This document shows, piece after piece, positions 1 to 6,833 of a stretch of 41,832 nt of DNA (position 1 is the first letter of the stretch; each line of letters opens with the position of its first letter). The stretch comes from Opitutaceae bacterium (GTDB lineage Bacteria; Verrucomicrobiota; Verrucomicrobiia; Opitutales; Opitutaceae): contig JBJKRV010000097.1 in the NCBI GenBank assembly GCA_046704465.1, positions 1-41,832 of the forward strand, written 5' to 3'. The notes below the pieces were generated by a model. The model had not been told where the DNA came from, searched no databases, and saw only the letters and a program-made list of their open reading frames with translations. The position numbers and the translations under genes are program-made.

Positions 1-1
1 C

Positions 2-1150
2 CGGCTGCGGATCGCCGACGGCTTTGCCCCTGCGCCCACCGACGCCGTTTGCGTGGACACCGTGGTGCGGCCCCGCAAGGGGGTTTCGGCCGATCTCGAT
101 GCCCTGAGCGCCGAGGGGGACAGCATCGTCGCCGTTCCCGGCGGCGACTGTGTAAAAATCCACCTCCACACCGACCGGCAAGAATCGGTCCGACGCCGCC
201 TCGCCGATCTCGGCGAAGTCATTTCCTGGCGGGAAAGCCCCATGAGCGGATCGCCCGACCCGGTGCCGGCTTCCGGACCTGCCGCCGGCATCCACCTCAT
301 GACCGATGCCGCCGGATCCCTCACCCGGGACAGGGCAAAACGCCGTGGCATCACCCTCTTGGACAGCGTCCTCGTGGTGGACGACGCCCCGATCCCCGAA
401 ACCCTCTTCGCCCCCGAAGCGCTCTACCGCGCCATGCGCGCCGGGCGGCCCGTTTCCACGGCCCAGACCTCGATTTTCGGCCGCCACCAGAGCCTTCAGA
501 GCATGCTCAGTCGCCACAACCGGGTGCTCTACCTCTGCGTCGGCTCGTTTTATACGGGAAACTACCGGGACGCCTGTGCCTGGAAAGTCCAAAACGATCC
601 CGAAGACCGGTTGACCATCATCGACACCGGTGCCGCCTCCGGCCGGCTCGGGCTCATCGTCCTCGCCGCGGCCCGTTACTTGGCCCAAGCCCCGGATGCC
701 GCCGCCGTGGTCCGGTTTTCCCAAGAGGCCATCGCTCGATGCGATGAACTCGTTTTTCCCGAGGAACTCAAGTACCTGGCCCGGGGCGGGCGAATCTCCA
801 GGACCCGGGGATTTTTCGGCGATCTGTTAAACAAGAAACCGGTGATCCGGCCCATGGCGGGCGGGGTCGAAAAGGCCGGGGTTTTAAACGGGACCAGCCG
901 TCAACTCCCCTTTGCCATCGATTACCTGTCCACGCGGATTCCTCCGGGCGCCTCCCCCTGGATTCTTTTGGAATACACGGACAACCGCGAATGGGTGGAA
1001 GGGCCGGTAAAAGACGCCGTGGCCGACCGATACCCGACTGCGGAAATTACCGTCGTTCCCTTGTCGCTCACCTCCGGCGCCCACATGGGCCCCGGCACCT
1101 GGGGCTTCGCGTTTTTTCCGGAATGGCCGATCCCCGGGGAGATGCCATGA
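2..1150 (+). CDS. DegV family (fatty-acid-binding) protein, 5'-truncated by the window edge
   Basis: The frame is open from the window start, so the GTG at 53 is only the first in-window start. The translated ORF has a DegV-like layout. Its stop overlaps the next gene's ATG (ATGA at 1147-1150). Confidence 0.75.
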   Translation, partial: RLRIADGFAPAPTDAVCVDTVVRPRKGVSADLDALSAEGDSIVAVPGGDCVKIHLHTDRQESVRRRLADLGEVISWRESPMSGSPDPVPASGPAAGIHLMTDAAGSLTRDRAKRRGITLLDSVLVVDDAPIPETLFAPEALYRAMRAGRPVSTAQTSIFGRHQSLQSMLSRHNRVLYLCVGSFYTGNYRDACAWKVQNDPEDRLTIIDTGAASGRLGLIVLAAARYLAQAPDAAAVVRFSQEAIARCDELVFPEELKYLARGGRISRTRGFFGDLLNKKPVIRPMAGGVEKAGVLNGTSRQLPFAIDYLSTRIPPGASPWILLEYTDNREWVEGPVKDAVADRYPTAEITVVPLSLTSGAHMGPGTWGFAFFPEWPIPGEMP

Positions 1151-1947
1151 CGAACGCGCCCCACGCCCAACCCGGAGAGAACTCCCGATTCCCGGGTTTT
1201 GCCGTGGTAATCCCGGTCTTCAACCACGGCGCCACCGTGGCCGCCGTGGCCCGGGACGCTCTGACGCTGGGGTTTCCCGTCATCGTGGTGGACGACGGAT
1301 CCACGGACGGCACCGCCGCGGCCCTTCGATCCGTCTCCGGCATCCAATGCCTCCGGCACCGCCGCAATCGCGGGAAAGGCGCGGCCCTTCTCACCGGCAT
1401 GACCGCGGCCGCGAAGATCGCGCTCTGGGCCGTGGCCATCGATGCCGACGGCCAGCACGCCGCCGGGGATGCCGAAACCCTGATCCGGGCCATCCCCGAA
1501 GGATCCCGACCCATCGTGGTCGGCCGGCGCCGGGACATGAACGCCGACCGGGTCCCCTGGACCAGCCGGTTTGGAAGGGAGTTTTCCAATTTCTGGGTCC
1601 GGGCCGCCGGCGGTCCGCCCATCGCCGACACCCAAAGCGGGTTCCGGATCTACCCCTTGCCGGAAACCCTCGATCTTCGGGTACGGGCGCGGCGTTACCA
1701 GTACGAAATCGAGGTGCTCGTCGCGGCCCGAAATGCCGGCATCCCCATCCTGGAAACCCCCATCGGGGTCCATTACGGGGAGGGCGGGGAACGGATCTCC
1801 CATTTCCGGCCGGCGGTCGATTTTTTCCGGAACACCGCCACGTTCAGCCGCCTCATCACCCCGCGGGTGCTGAAGGCGCTTTTTGCCATCATCGTTTCCC
1901 CCAAACCACGGGACCCGGCACACCGGGCCGATGATGCCGACCAATGA
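1147..1947 (+). CDS. Family 2 glycosyltransferase
   Basis: Translation contains VVIPVFNHG...VVDDGSTDGT...NRGKGAA...DADGQH, the typical GT2 signature. ATG 1147 is in frame with track ORF 991..1947 and overlaps the upstream stop. Confidence 0.85.
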   Translation: MTNAPHAQPGENSRFPGFAVVIPVFNHGATVAAVARDALTLGFPVIVVDDGSTDGTAAALRSVSGIQCLRHRRNRGKGAALLTGMTAAAKIALWAVAIDADGQHAAGDAETLIRAIPEGSRPIVVGRRRDMNADRVPWTSRFGREFSNFWVRAAGGPPIADTQSGFRIYPLPETLDLRVRARRYQYEIEVLVAARNAGIPILETPIGVHYGEGGERISHFRPAVDFFRNTATFSRLITPRVLKALFAIIVSPKPRDPAHRADDADQ

Positions 1948-2198
1948 CCGATCGTTTTTACGCCGTCCTGGCCTGGTTCTCCCGAATTTTCGGCCTCTGG
2001 TTTTTCGCTTTGGTGGCCCGGGGCATCGCCTTCGGCTACCTGGTGCGCTTTCCCGGACGGGCCGCCGAGGGAATCCGGTTTTACCGGGCGCTTTCCCCGC
2101 ACCGGGGACGACTCTACGGACTGTGGTGCACCTTCCGGCAGTTTCAGAATTTTACCACCGTGTTCATGGTGAAGCGCGACGCGAAAAAGCGCGCCTAA
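1944..2198 (+). pseudogene. 5' fragment of a host membrane-protein gene (possibly a lysophospholipid/lipid A acyltransferase-like N-terminus), interrupted by the prophage left end at about 2161
   Basis: The 84-aa ORF has a hydrophobic N-terminus. Its last 12-13 codons (FMVKRDAKKRA) and its stop lie inside the phage terminal repeat. Its ATGA overlap with the GT2 stop suggests an operon. Confidence 0.45.
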
Positions 2199-2225
2199 AA
2201 ATTGCGAAAAGTGGCCGACGAAATC
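2161..2225 (+). repeat. Left-end transposase-binding repeats (CGAAA-type sites at 2182, 2205 and 2219)
   Basis: AAATTGCGAAAAGTG at 2199-2213 is the exact reverse complement of 41767-41781. The two outer CGAAA sites are 23 bp apart at both ends. Confidence 0.6.
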
Positions 2226-2255
2226 CGCTTGATATCATCAAAAATAGTTTGACAC
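2226..2255 (+). promoter_or_regulatory. Operator-promoter block, copy 1 (TTGAT-ATC-ATCAA dyad at 2229-2241, then TTGACA at 2249-2254)
   Basis: 26 of 30 positions match copy 2 at 3031-3060. Confidence 0.5.
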
Positions 2256-2281
2256 AACCTAAGAAAAGCGGAAAATAACCG

Positions 2282-2310
2282 TTGACATTAATACGCATAA
2301 TGCGTATTAT
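2282..2310 (+). promoter_or_regulatory. Sigma70-like promoter with an embedded palindromic operator
   Basis: TTGACA (2282-2287), a 17-nt spacer, then TATTAT (2305-2310). The perfect 9+1+9 palindrome AATACGCAT-A-ATGCGTATT (2290-2308) fills the spacer. It lies about 50 nt upstream of ATG 2360. Confidence 0.6.
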
Positions 2311-2359
2311 TGTACTTAAAGGATGAGGCAATCAAGGCCAAAAACAAAGGGAGCAAGCC

Positions 2360-2668
2360 ATGATCATCAGCAGCCAAAGATACATCAACGACGACATCGT
2401 AGACGAAAAAATCGAAGCCGAGGATTACGAGGTAATGTTGAGCCCGGCTTTTGAGATCGACGGCGAGAGCTATCAGGTTGTTTTGGACGGCCATCACTCC
2501 TTGGCCGCAGCCATCAAAGCTAGTGTTGCCCCTGAGTTTTGGGAAGCCGATGCGAGCGATCATGACGCGATCGGATTGATCGAAAGCAACCCCGATGATT
2601 TTTTGATGACCGTCCACATGGGCGACGATTACTACAACATCGAAGATGGGAGGTGCGTATGGCAGTGA
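2360..2668 (+). CDS. Small, very acidic protein with a ParB/Srx-like DGHH motif
   Basis: An AAGGGAG Shine-Dalgarno sequence lies upstream. The motif is YQVVLDGHHSLAAAIKA. By hand count there are 24 D/E against 4 K/R in 102 aa. Confidence 0.6.
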   Translation: MIISSQRYINDDIVDEKIEAEDYEVMLSPAFEIDGESYQVVLDGHHSLAAAIKASVAPEFWEADASDHDAIGLIESNPDDFLMTVHMGDDYYNIEDGRCVWQ

Positions 2669-2781
2669 GAATAAGCATGTACAGCGTTTTATGGATGCGG
2701 GTCTGGTGTTTTGTGGCCAAAGCAGCGAAAAAGCTGCTTGGCTGGATCCCAGGTGTAAAAATCGAGATTGAGGAGGGGTAA

Positions 2782-3015
2782 ATGAGACTGACAACAAATC
2801 ACAGCATGTCGAGCTACGGTATCCCAATCTTTGTCGATGATGACAACAACCCAATGGACTACGCGCCAGCAATAAAGCAATTACGGTCTGCCAAAGGGTT
2901 GAGTGTGGCAGACCTCGCCAACGAGTGCGGGGTGTCTCCACGCACTATCGAGGGTTGGGAGCAAGGTCGTATGCCATCTGTGCCAGCATTAAAAATCCTC
3001 GGTAAAATTATCTAA
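2782..3015 (+). CDS. XRE-family helix-turn-helix protein
   Basis: A GAGGAGG Shine-Dalgarno sequence lies upstream. The C-terminal HTH is LSVADLANECGVSPRTIEGWEQGR. Confidence 0.75.
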   Translation: MRLTTNHSMSSYGIPIFVDDDNNPMDYAPAIKQLRSAKGLSVADLANECGVSPRTIEGWEQGRMPSVPALKILGKII

Positions 3016-3030
3016 AATCGCACAACAAAA

Positions 3031-3082
3031 CGCTTGATATCATCAAGAAAAGCTTGACGCGATGAGATCGCGGTAGTATATT
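3031..3082 (+). promoter_or_regulatory. Operator-promoter block, copy 2
   Basis: The same TTGAT-ATC-ATCAA dyad lies at 3034-3046. It is followed by TTGACG (3054-3059), a 17-nt spacer and TATATT (3077-3082). The palindrome CGCGAT-GAG-ATCGCG (3058-3072) sits in the spacer. GGGCAATTGCCC follows at 3096-3107. Confidence 0.6.
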
Positions 3083-3225
3083 TTGATTACCAATCGGGCA
3101 ATTGCCCATCACACTAACTCGCGACACGATAGGCGAGACGATGCTCCCAGAATCCCGACAGAGACAATCCGAGACAGACCAGGGATCCGACGCAAATCGC
3201 CAGCGTGTCGCATGTGGAGGCGACT

Positions 3226-3309
3226 ATGCGCGGATCGTATATTGTGATGGTGGTGGCTATCTGGGGCACGCTATGGGCATCGTGGATCATCAGTGGATTG
3301 CTCGCGTAG
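3226..3309 (+). CDS. 27-aa hydrophobic peptide MRGSYIVMVVAIWGTLWASWIISGLLA (candidate small membrane protein or toxin)
   Basis: Too short for the ORF track. GGAGG at 3216-3220 lies 5 nt before ATG 3226, and the stop is TAG at 3307-3309. It could form a single transmembrane helix. It sits inside a leader of about 365 nt. Confidence 0.35.
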   Translation: MRGSYIVMVVAIWGTLWASWIISGLLA

Positions 3310-3452
3310 CGCCTCGCGGTCAGGTATGCGGATTGACCTCTTTGCCTACGGCCCGGGCGGGTTCCGGGCCGGTGGTTGAGCGGCCGATGCGGCCCCCGTG
3401 CCTCGCATGGCGAGGCGAGGCGATCACCATCACATCTAAGGGAGGCAAAAAA

Positions 3453-3644
3453 ATGATAAAAAAATTCGCACTCCGAGAAAGCGACCAGGGTCATTACATC
3501 GGGACATTTTCTGCCGAAAATGCCTCCAATGATTTTATCCTCAGGCTCATACATGCCGCTGACGAGGCTGGAGGCTGTGCCACCATGTATGACCCTGAGG
3601 GATGTCCTGTCACGGCCTGCATTGATCCAGACGGGCCTTTCTAA
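3453..3644 (+). CDS. Hypothetical 63-aa acidic protein
   Basis: The internal ATG at 3453 is preceded by AAGGGAGG. The upstream part of track ORF 3102..3644 does not look protein-like. Confidence 0.5.
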   Translation: MIKKFALRESDQGHYIGTFSAENASNDFILRLIHAADEAGGCATMYDPEGCPVTACIDPDGPF

Positions 3645-3671
3645 AAAAAACGCTCCAAAGGAACTGCCATC

Positions 3672-3709
3672 CCCGCATCGATCCTGCATGATCGATGCGG
3701 GCTTTTTTT
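3672..3709 (+). terminator. Rho-independent terminator
   Basis: A perfect 12-bp stem (CCCGCATCGATC / GATCGATGCGGG) with a 6-nt loop, followed by C and T7. Confidence 0.8.
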
Positions 3710-3726
3710 GGGGGGGGAGTATACGA

Positions 3727-4911
3727 ATGCAACGACAAACTCAGCATCTGATCGACATCGGACGCAAATATCCGGACGCCTGGCGCCGGCTGGATCAATT
3801 CCGCGCCGAGCGCGGGGAGACGCTCCCGCAATGGCCCGGATGGTGTCTCATGCCCATGGCCGGGTGGTATGCGATCGTATCCGGAGGGCGTGCCATCGCG
3901 GCGGGGAGCGAGGCCGTGGCAGACATCGGCCGCCTGGCCGGCCTCGGCGCATGGCGCTACTCGCAGTCCATCTATCGCTACGATCCGGAGCTCTACGCGC
4001 ACCTAGTGGCCACTCCGCTCGACGGGGATATGCCGGCGGAGGTGCTGCTGCGGCTCCCGGAGTGGGGTGTCTATGTGGAGACCCCGCACGGGGCTGCTCC
4101 CGAGCCGGAAATGCCTACAAATTATGGAGCGAATGGAGGCCTGCACGGCCAGTCAGCGGAATCGCTTCTTTGCGGGCGGGAACCTTTTTGTGATCTGGAA
4201 TCGGGAATAGGGCCTTTGCGAACGGGAACCTTTTCTCTTTGCGGGCGGGAACCTTTTTGTAATCCGGAATCGGGAATAGGGCCTTTGCGAACGGGAACCT
4301 TTTCTCTTTGCGGGCGGGAACCTTTTTGCATGCACGGCTTTTATGCGTCTCTGGAATGGGACGCAAATGATGGGCGAACGGAATTGCGTCTTTTGTTGGA
4401 CACAGAGACGGGGCTGCTTCCGGTCCCGTTACATATCGGGGATTGGCCGCTCACGGAAGCTATCGCGCGCGCCATCGATGAGGCGCTGCGGCGGCAAGAA
4501 AAAGAGGTCTTGCCGCCGTCGCCTCCGGCCGCCAACGCGGCCTTGGCGTTTGCACTTGCGCCGATCGTGAATCTGCTTCTTTATCTTTGCTCGGATTCTC
4601 CCGATTTCGGAGACGCGCGATCGACGAGACCGCAACGGCCCCGACCCAAGCGGGTGAAAGGCGGCTGGCGTCTGTTTCCTCCCCCGCGCCCGACACTGCG
4701 CCTGATCGGGGAAACAGTCGGAAGGGCCATACGCAATGTCGGCAAAGAAGAAATCGACCCCGGCGAAACCGATGCGCCCCGACCCGAGCGGAAATCCCCT
4801 CGCCCGCACCTGCGCCGGGCTCATTGGCACGGCTTCTGGCACGGGCCGAAGGAGGGACTTCGCCGGTTTCGGTACCGATGGATCCCCCCGACATTTGTTG
4901 CGAGTAGATAA
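3727..4911 (+). CDS. Hypothetical 394-aa protein with an internal 23-aa tandem repeat and a basic C-terminus (...RAHWHGFWHGP...)
   Basis: ATG 3727 follows the terminator and a G-rich Shine-Dalgarno sequence. I recognise no family. Confidence 0.6.
   Translation: MQRQTQHLIDIGRKYPDAWRRLDQFRAERGETLPQWPGWCLMPMAGWYAIVSGGRAIAAGSEAVADIGRLAGLGAWRYSQSIYRYDPELYAHLVATPLDGDMPAEVLLRLPEWGVYVETPHGAAPEPEMPTNYGANGGLHGQSAESLLCGREPFCDLESGIGPLRTGTFSLCGREPFCNPESGIGPLRTGTFSLCGREPFCMHGFYASLEWDANDGRTELRLLLDTETGLLPVPLHIGDWPLTEAIARAIDEALRRQEKEVLPPSPPAANAALAFALAPIVNLLLYLCSDSPDFGDARSTRPQRPRPKRVKGGWRLFPPPRPTLRLIGETVGRAIRNVGKEEIDPGETDAPRPERKSPRPHLRRAHWHGFWHGPKEGLRRFRYRWIPPTFVASR
4168..4328 (+). repeat. Tandem repeat, 2.3 copies of 69 bp, in frame (LCGREPFC-ESGIGPLRTGTFS)
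   Basis: Units start at 4168, 4237 and 4306. Each unit contains the sub-repeat TTTGCG-NNC-GGGAACCTTTT twice. Confidence 0.9.
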
Positions 4912-5050
4912 CTGAAAAAGCATGCTTTTCCCAAAACCGAGGACCTCGGCGGTCACGAGCCGGAGGCCTCGGTAATGGCCGTGGCCACCCATGCCTTGGC
5001 CTGCTGTCGATATGCCTGATAATCCGCATAGTCTTGTGCGCCGGCAGCGC

Positions 5051-5236
5051 TGAGGTCCTTGTTGTCTTTTTGTAATAGCGTTTGTTCGCAGCGACGATTA
5101 ACCGCAAAACCTTGTACATTTGGTCTTTGATGTCGGCCTCGAGCCCGAATTTTTCGGCTTTCGGAAACTGTCTCAATGCGACATATGTATAGGCTATCGT
5201 GTCAAGCATTTTCTGGTAAACGATCAGATTTTCCAT
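5051..5236 (-). pseudogene. avd: Truncated or disrupted DGR accessory variability determinant (Avd-like four-helix-bundle protein, N-terminal ~62 codons only)
   Basis: MENLIVYQKMLDTIAYTYVALRQFPKAEKFGLEADIKDQMYKVLRLIVAANKRYYKK resembles the first half of Avd / 23S-IVS family proteins. The remainder of track ORF 4460..5236 is antisense to CDS 3727..4911 and is not protein-like. Confidence 0.5.
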
Positions 5237-5244
5237 ATTTCACT

Positions 5245-5266
5245 GCGCCATGCTATCGCATGGCGC
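5245..5266 (-). promoter_or_regulatory. GC-rich hairpin (9-bp stem, 4-nt loop) just 3' of the fibre gene stop
   Basis: GCGCCATGC-TATC-GCATGGCGC on the + strand. On the coding strand the loop reads GATA. It lies 9 nt after stop 5275-5277. Confidence 0.55.
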
Positions 5267-5274
5267 CACAGATA

Positions 5275-6510
5275 TCAGGAGACGGATTGACGGATAGCCA
5301 AGGCGGAGCGCAACCCGACACTGCTATAGACATCGGAGGGCGAAATGCGGAAATTCGCAATCAGGCCAGTGCGGGCATAGGCACCACTGCTCCAGTACCC
5401 ACAGCGCTGAAGCGCACGACTATCGCCGTTTGAATAGGCATATGCAGAGTCGAGATAGGTCGAATAATTGGTCGATAGATCAGAAAAATCCGGCAATGCC
5501 AAATATTTTCCGGCGCTATCTTCCAATAGCTTTCCGATAGTCTTCCATGCCCCTACCCCTGAGGCCAGGCCCGTCTTGGATATAGATGAAATGTCCAGAG
5601 CAGTCTTTAACTGAATCTGACATCCATCCCCATGGTTGTAAATCATGCCAGCACTCAATTTCGCGACCCCTGCAAATCGGCCCATAGGCGAGACATAAGA
5701 TATCGTCACGTCTTCATCGCCGTTAACGGCATCGGTGATGCGGCATATTCCAGGGCTCAAATGGCATATATTGACGCCGTCGCCCAGCCCACCATCATCG
5801 TAATAGAGGTATGCATCCCCTGCAGCTCTGACACCATTCAGAAATGCTTTCGGCTGAAAAATACCCCCTTCCATGCGGCAATCTTCCCACTCAAAGATAT
5901 TGCCGACCAGATCCGCCAATCCAGCACCGGCAATACCATTACTCCACCAGCTCGCAGGCCCGGAGCCTGCCAGGCATCGTCCGGACACAGTGGCATCCAT
6001 AACTCCATAATTGCCCCAATTGTCGGCGTCACGTAGGTCTATGCCGTTGTTGTTGTTGCCCCTCACTTGGCCCCAATTGCCGGATTTTCTAATCCACGAC
6101 AAAATCCCGAATCGCTCAAACGGGGTCAGTAAATGGCAGGCCTCGCCATTGATCACCCGATTGCTCGCGGCGATCCGCGCCGACGGCCACGATATAGAGG
6201 TCCACGGCACGACTCCAGGGCGACAACACGCCGCAACCGTGCCGGGCGCATCTGGCGAAGTGCTCCCCATGCTCGCGGAACTCGCATCTGGCTGGCAGCT
6301 CTCGCAGACATCCACCCAGAAAGAAGGGATATTGATGCCATTATGCGCCGCCTGGGGCCAGCCGGATGTCACGAATTTTGGGATCATGGCCATGGTCGAT
6401 GTCACATCGACCCCGGACCCATCCGATTCGCTGTTATGGATGAAATCGCGCACCTCAAGCGATGCGCTCAAAATATCCTGGATCCCGCCCAAACTCAGAT
6501 CGATATCCAT
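5275..6510 (-). CDS. Receptor-binding tail fibre with an FGE-sulfatase / C-type-lectin-fold C-terminus (DGR target-like)
   Basis: Contains FWVDVCE...VPW..ISW, GNIFEWEDC and the C-terminus ALQRCGYWSSGAYARTGLIANFRISPSDVYSSVGLRSALA. ATG 6510 overlaps the upstream stop (TAATG). Confidence 0.7.
   Translation of the reverse strand: MDIDLSLGGIQDILSASLEVRDFIHNSESDGSGVDVTSTMAMIPKFVTSGWPQAAHNGINIPSFWVDVCESCQPDASSASMGSTSPDAPGTVAACCRPGVVPWTSISWPSARIAASNRVINGEACHLLTPFERFGILSWIRKSGNWGQVRGNNNNGIDLRDADNWGNYGVMDATVSGRCLAGSGPASWWSNGIAGAGLADLVGNIFEWEDCRMEGGIFQPKAFLNGVRAAGDAYLYYDDGGLGDGVNICHLSPGICRITDAVNGDEDVTISYVSPMGRFAGVAKLSAGMIYNHGDGCQIQLKTALDISSISKTGLASGVGAWKTIGKLLEDSAGKYLALPDFSDLSTNYSTYLDSAYAYSNGDSRALQRCGYWSSGAYARTGLIANFRISPSDVYSSVGLRSALAIRQSVS
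5278..5415 (-). other. Putative DGR variable region (VR)
   Basis: About 15 of 34 codons are NNY types (TAC, AGC, AGT, TAT, ACT, ATT, AAT, TTC, GAT, GTC...), as expected if they derive from diversified AAY codons. No template copy is available in the window to confirm this. Confidence 0.4.
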
Positions 6511-6824
6511 TATGCAATGCCTCCCAAATCCCATAATGTCAGATGCACATCATCGGCCGACAGCGGCACCATTTTCGGCACCGCCTCTTCCCCCTCAGCG
6601 CCGGCATCCGCAGATACCCATTGCGCCGCCGGGATCGCCACTTCGGCCACCAGCCAATACCCGGCGGCCTCAACCAAAGCGCCGTTTTCGTCCCGATAAA
6701 TCCGCATAACGCGAGGATCGCATGTCCGCACCGCGCTCAAATTAAACTCCTGTCTTGGGAACTCGCTAAACCCGAGAATCAGTGCATCCCCATCAACCCG
6801 AAAACTGGCATTTGCTTTAGCCAC
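6510..6824 (-). CDS. Hypothetical tail-module protein
   Basis: The ORF is translationally coupled to the fibre gene. I recognise no family. Confidence 0.55.
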   Translation of the reverse strand: MAKANASFRVDGDALILGFSEFPRQEFNLSAVRTCDPRVMRIYRDENGALVEAAGYWLVAEVAIPAAQWVSADAGAEGEEAVPKMVPLSADDVHLTLWDLGGIA

Positions 6825-6833
6825 TGCACCTCC

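Noticed and set aside
2156-2160. A 5-bp target-site duplication flanking the prophage (for example CACCG on the left against CGTTG or ATCGA on the right)
   Set aside because: No 5-mer ending between 2150 and 2175 equals any 5-mer starting between 41810 and 41820. Only 13-22 nt of right flank is in the window, so I make no duplication call.
3102-3452. N-terminal 117 aa of track ORF 3102..3644 (+), and the antisense ORF 3114..3689 (-)
   Set aside because: No ribosome-binding site lies at 3102 and the translation is implausible. A strong Shine-Dalgarno sequence precedes the internal ATG at 3453. I treat the region as leader RNA.
4115-4366. CRISPR-like appearance of the repeated TTTGCG..GGGAACCTTTT units and the three - strand ORFs (4115..4366, 4122..4331, 4153..4335)
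   Set aside because: It is a 69-bp tandem repeat with only 2.3 copies. The apparent spacers are themselves repeated, and the whole region is in frame within + strand CDS 3727..4911. The - strand ORFs are repeat artefacts.
4460-5050. C-terminal ~195 aa of track ORF 4460..5236 (-), and ORF 4429..4992 (-), as possible DGR reverse transcriptase or full-length Avd
   Set aside because: The sequence is Arg/Pro/Gly-rich and not protein-like. It has no RT motifs and lies antisense to a better-supported + strand CDS. Only the first ~62 codons resemble Avd.
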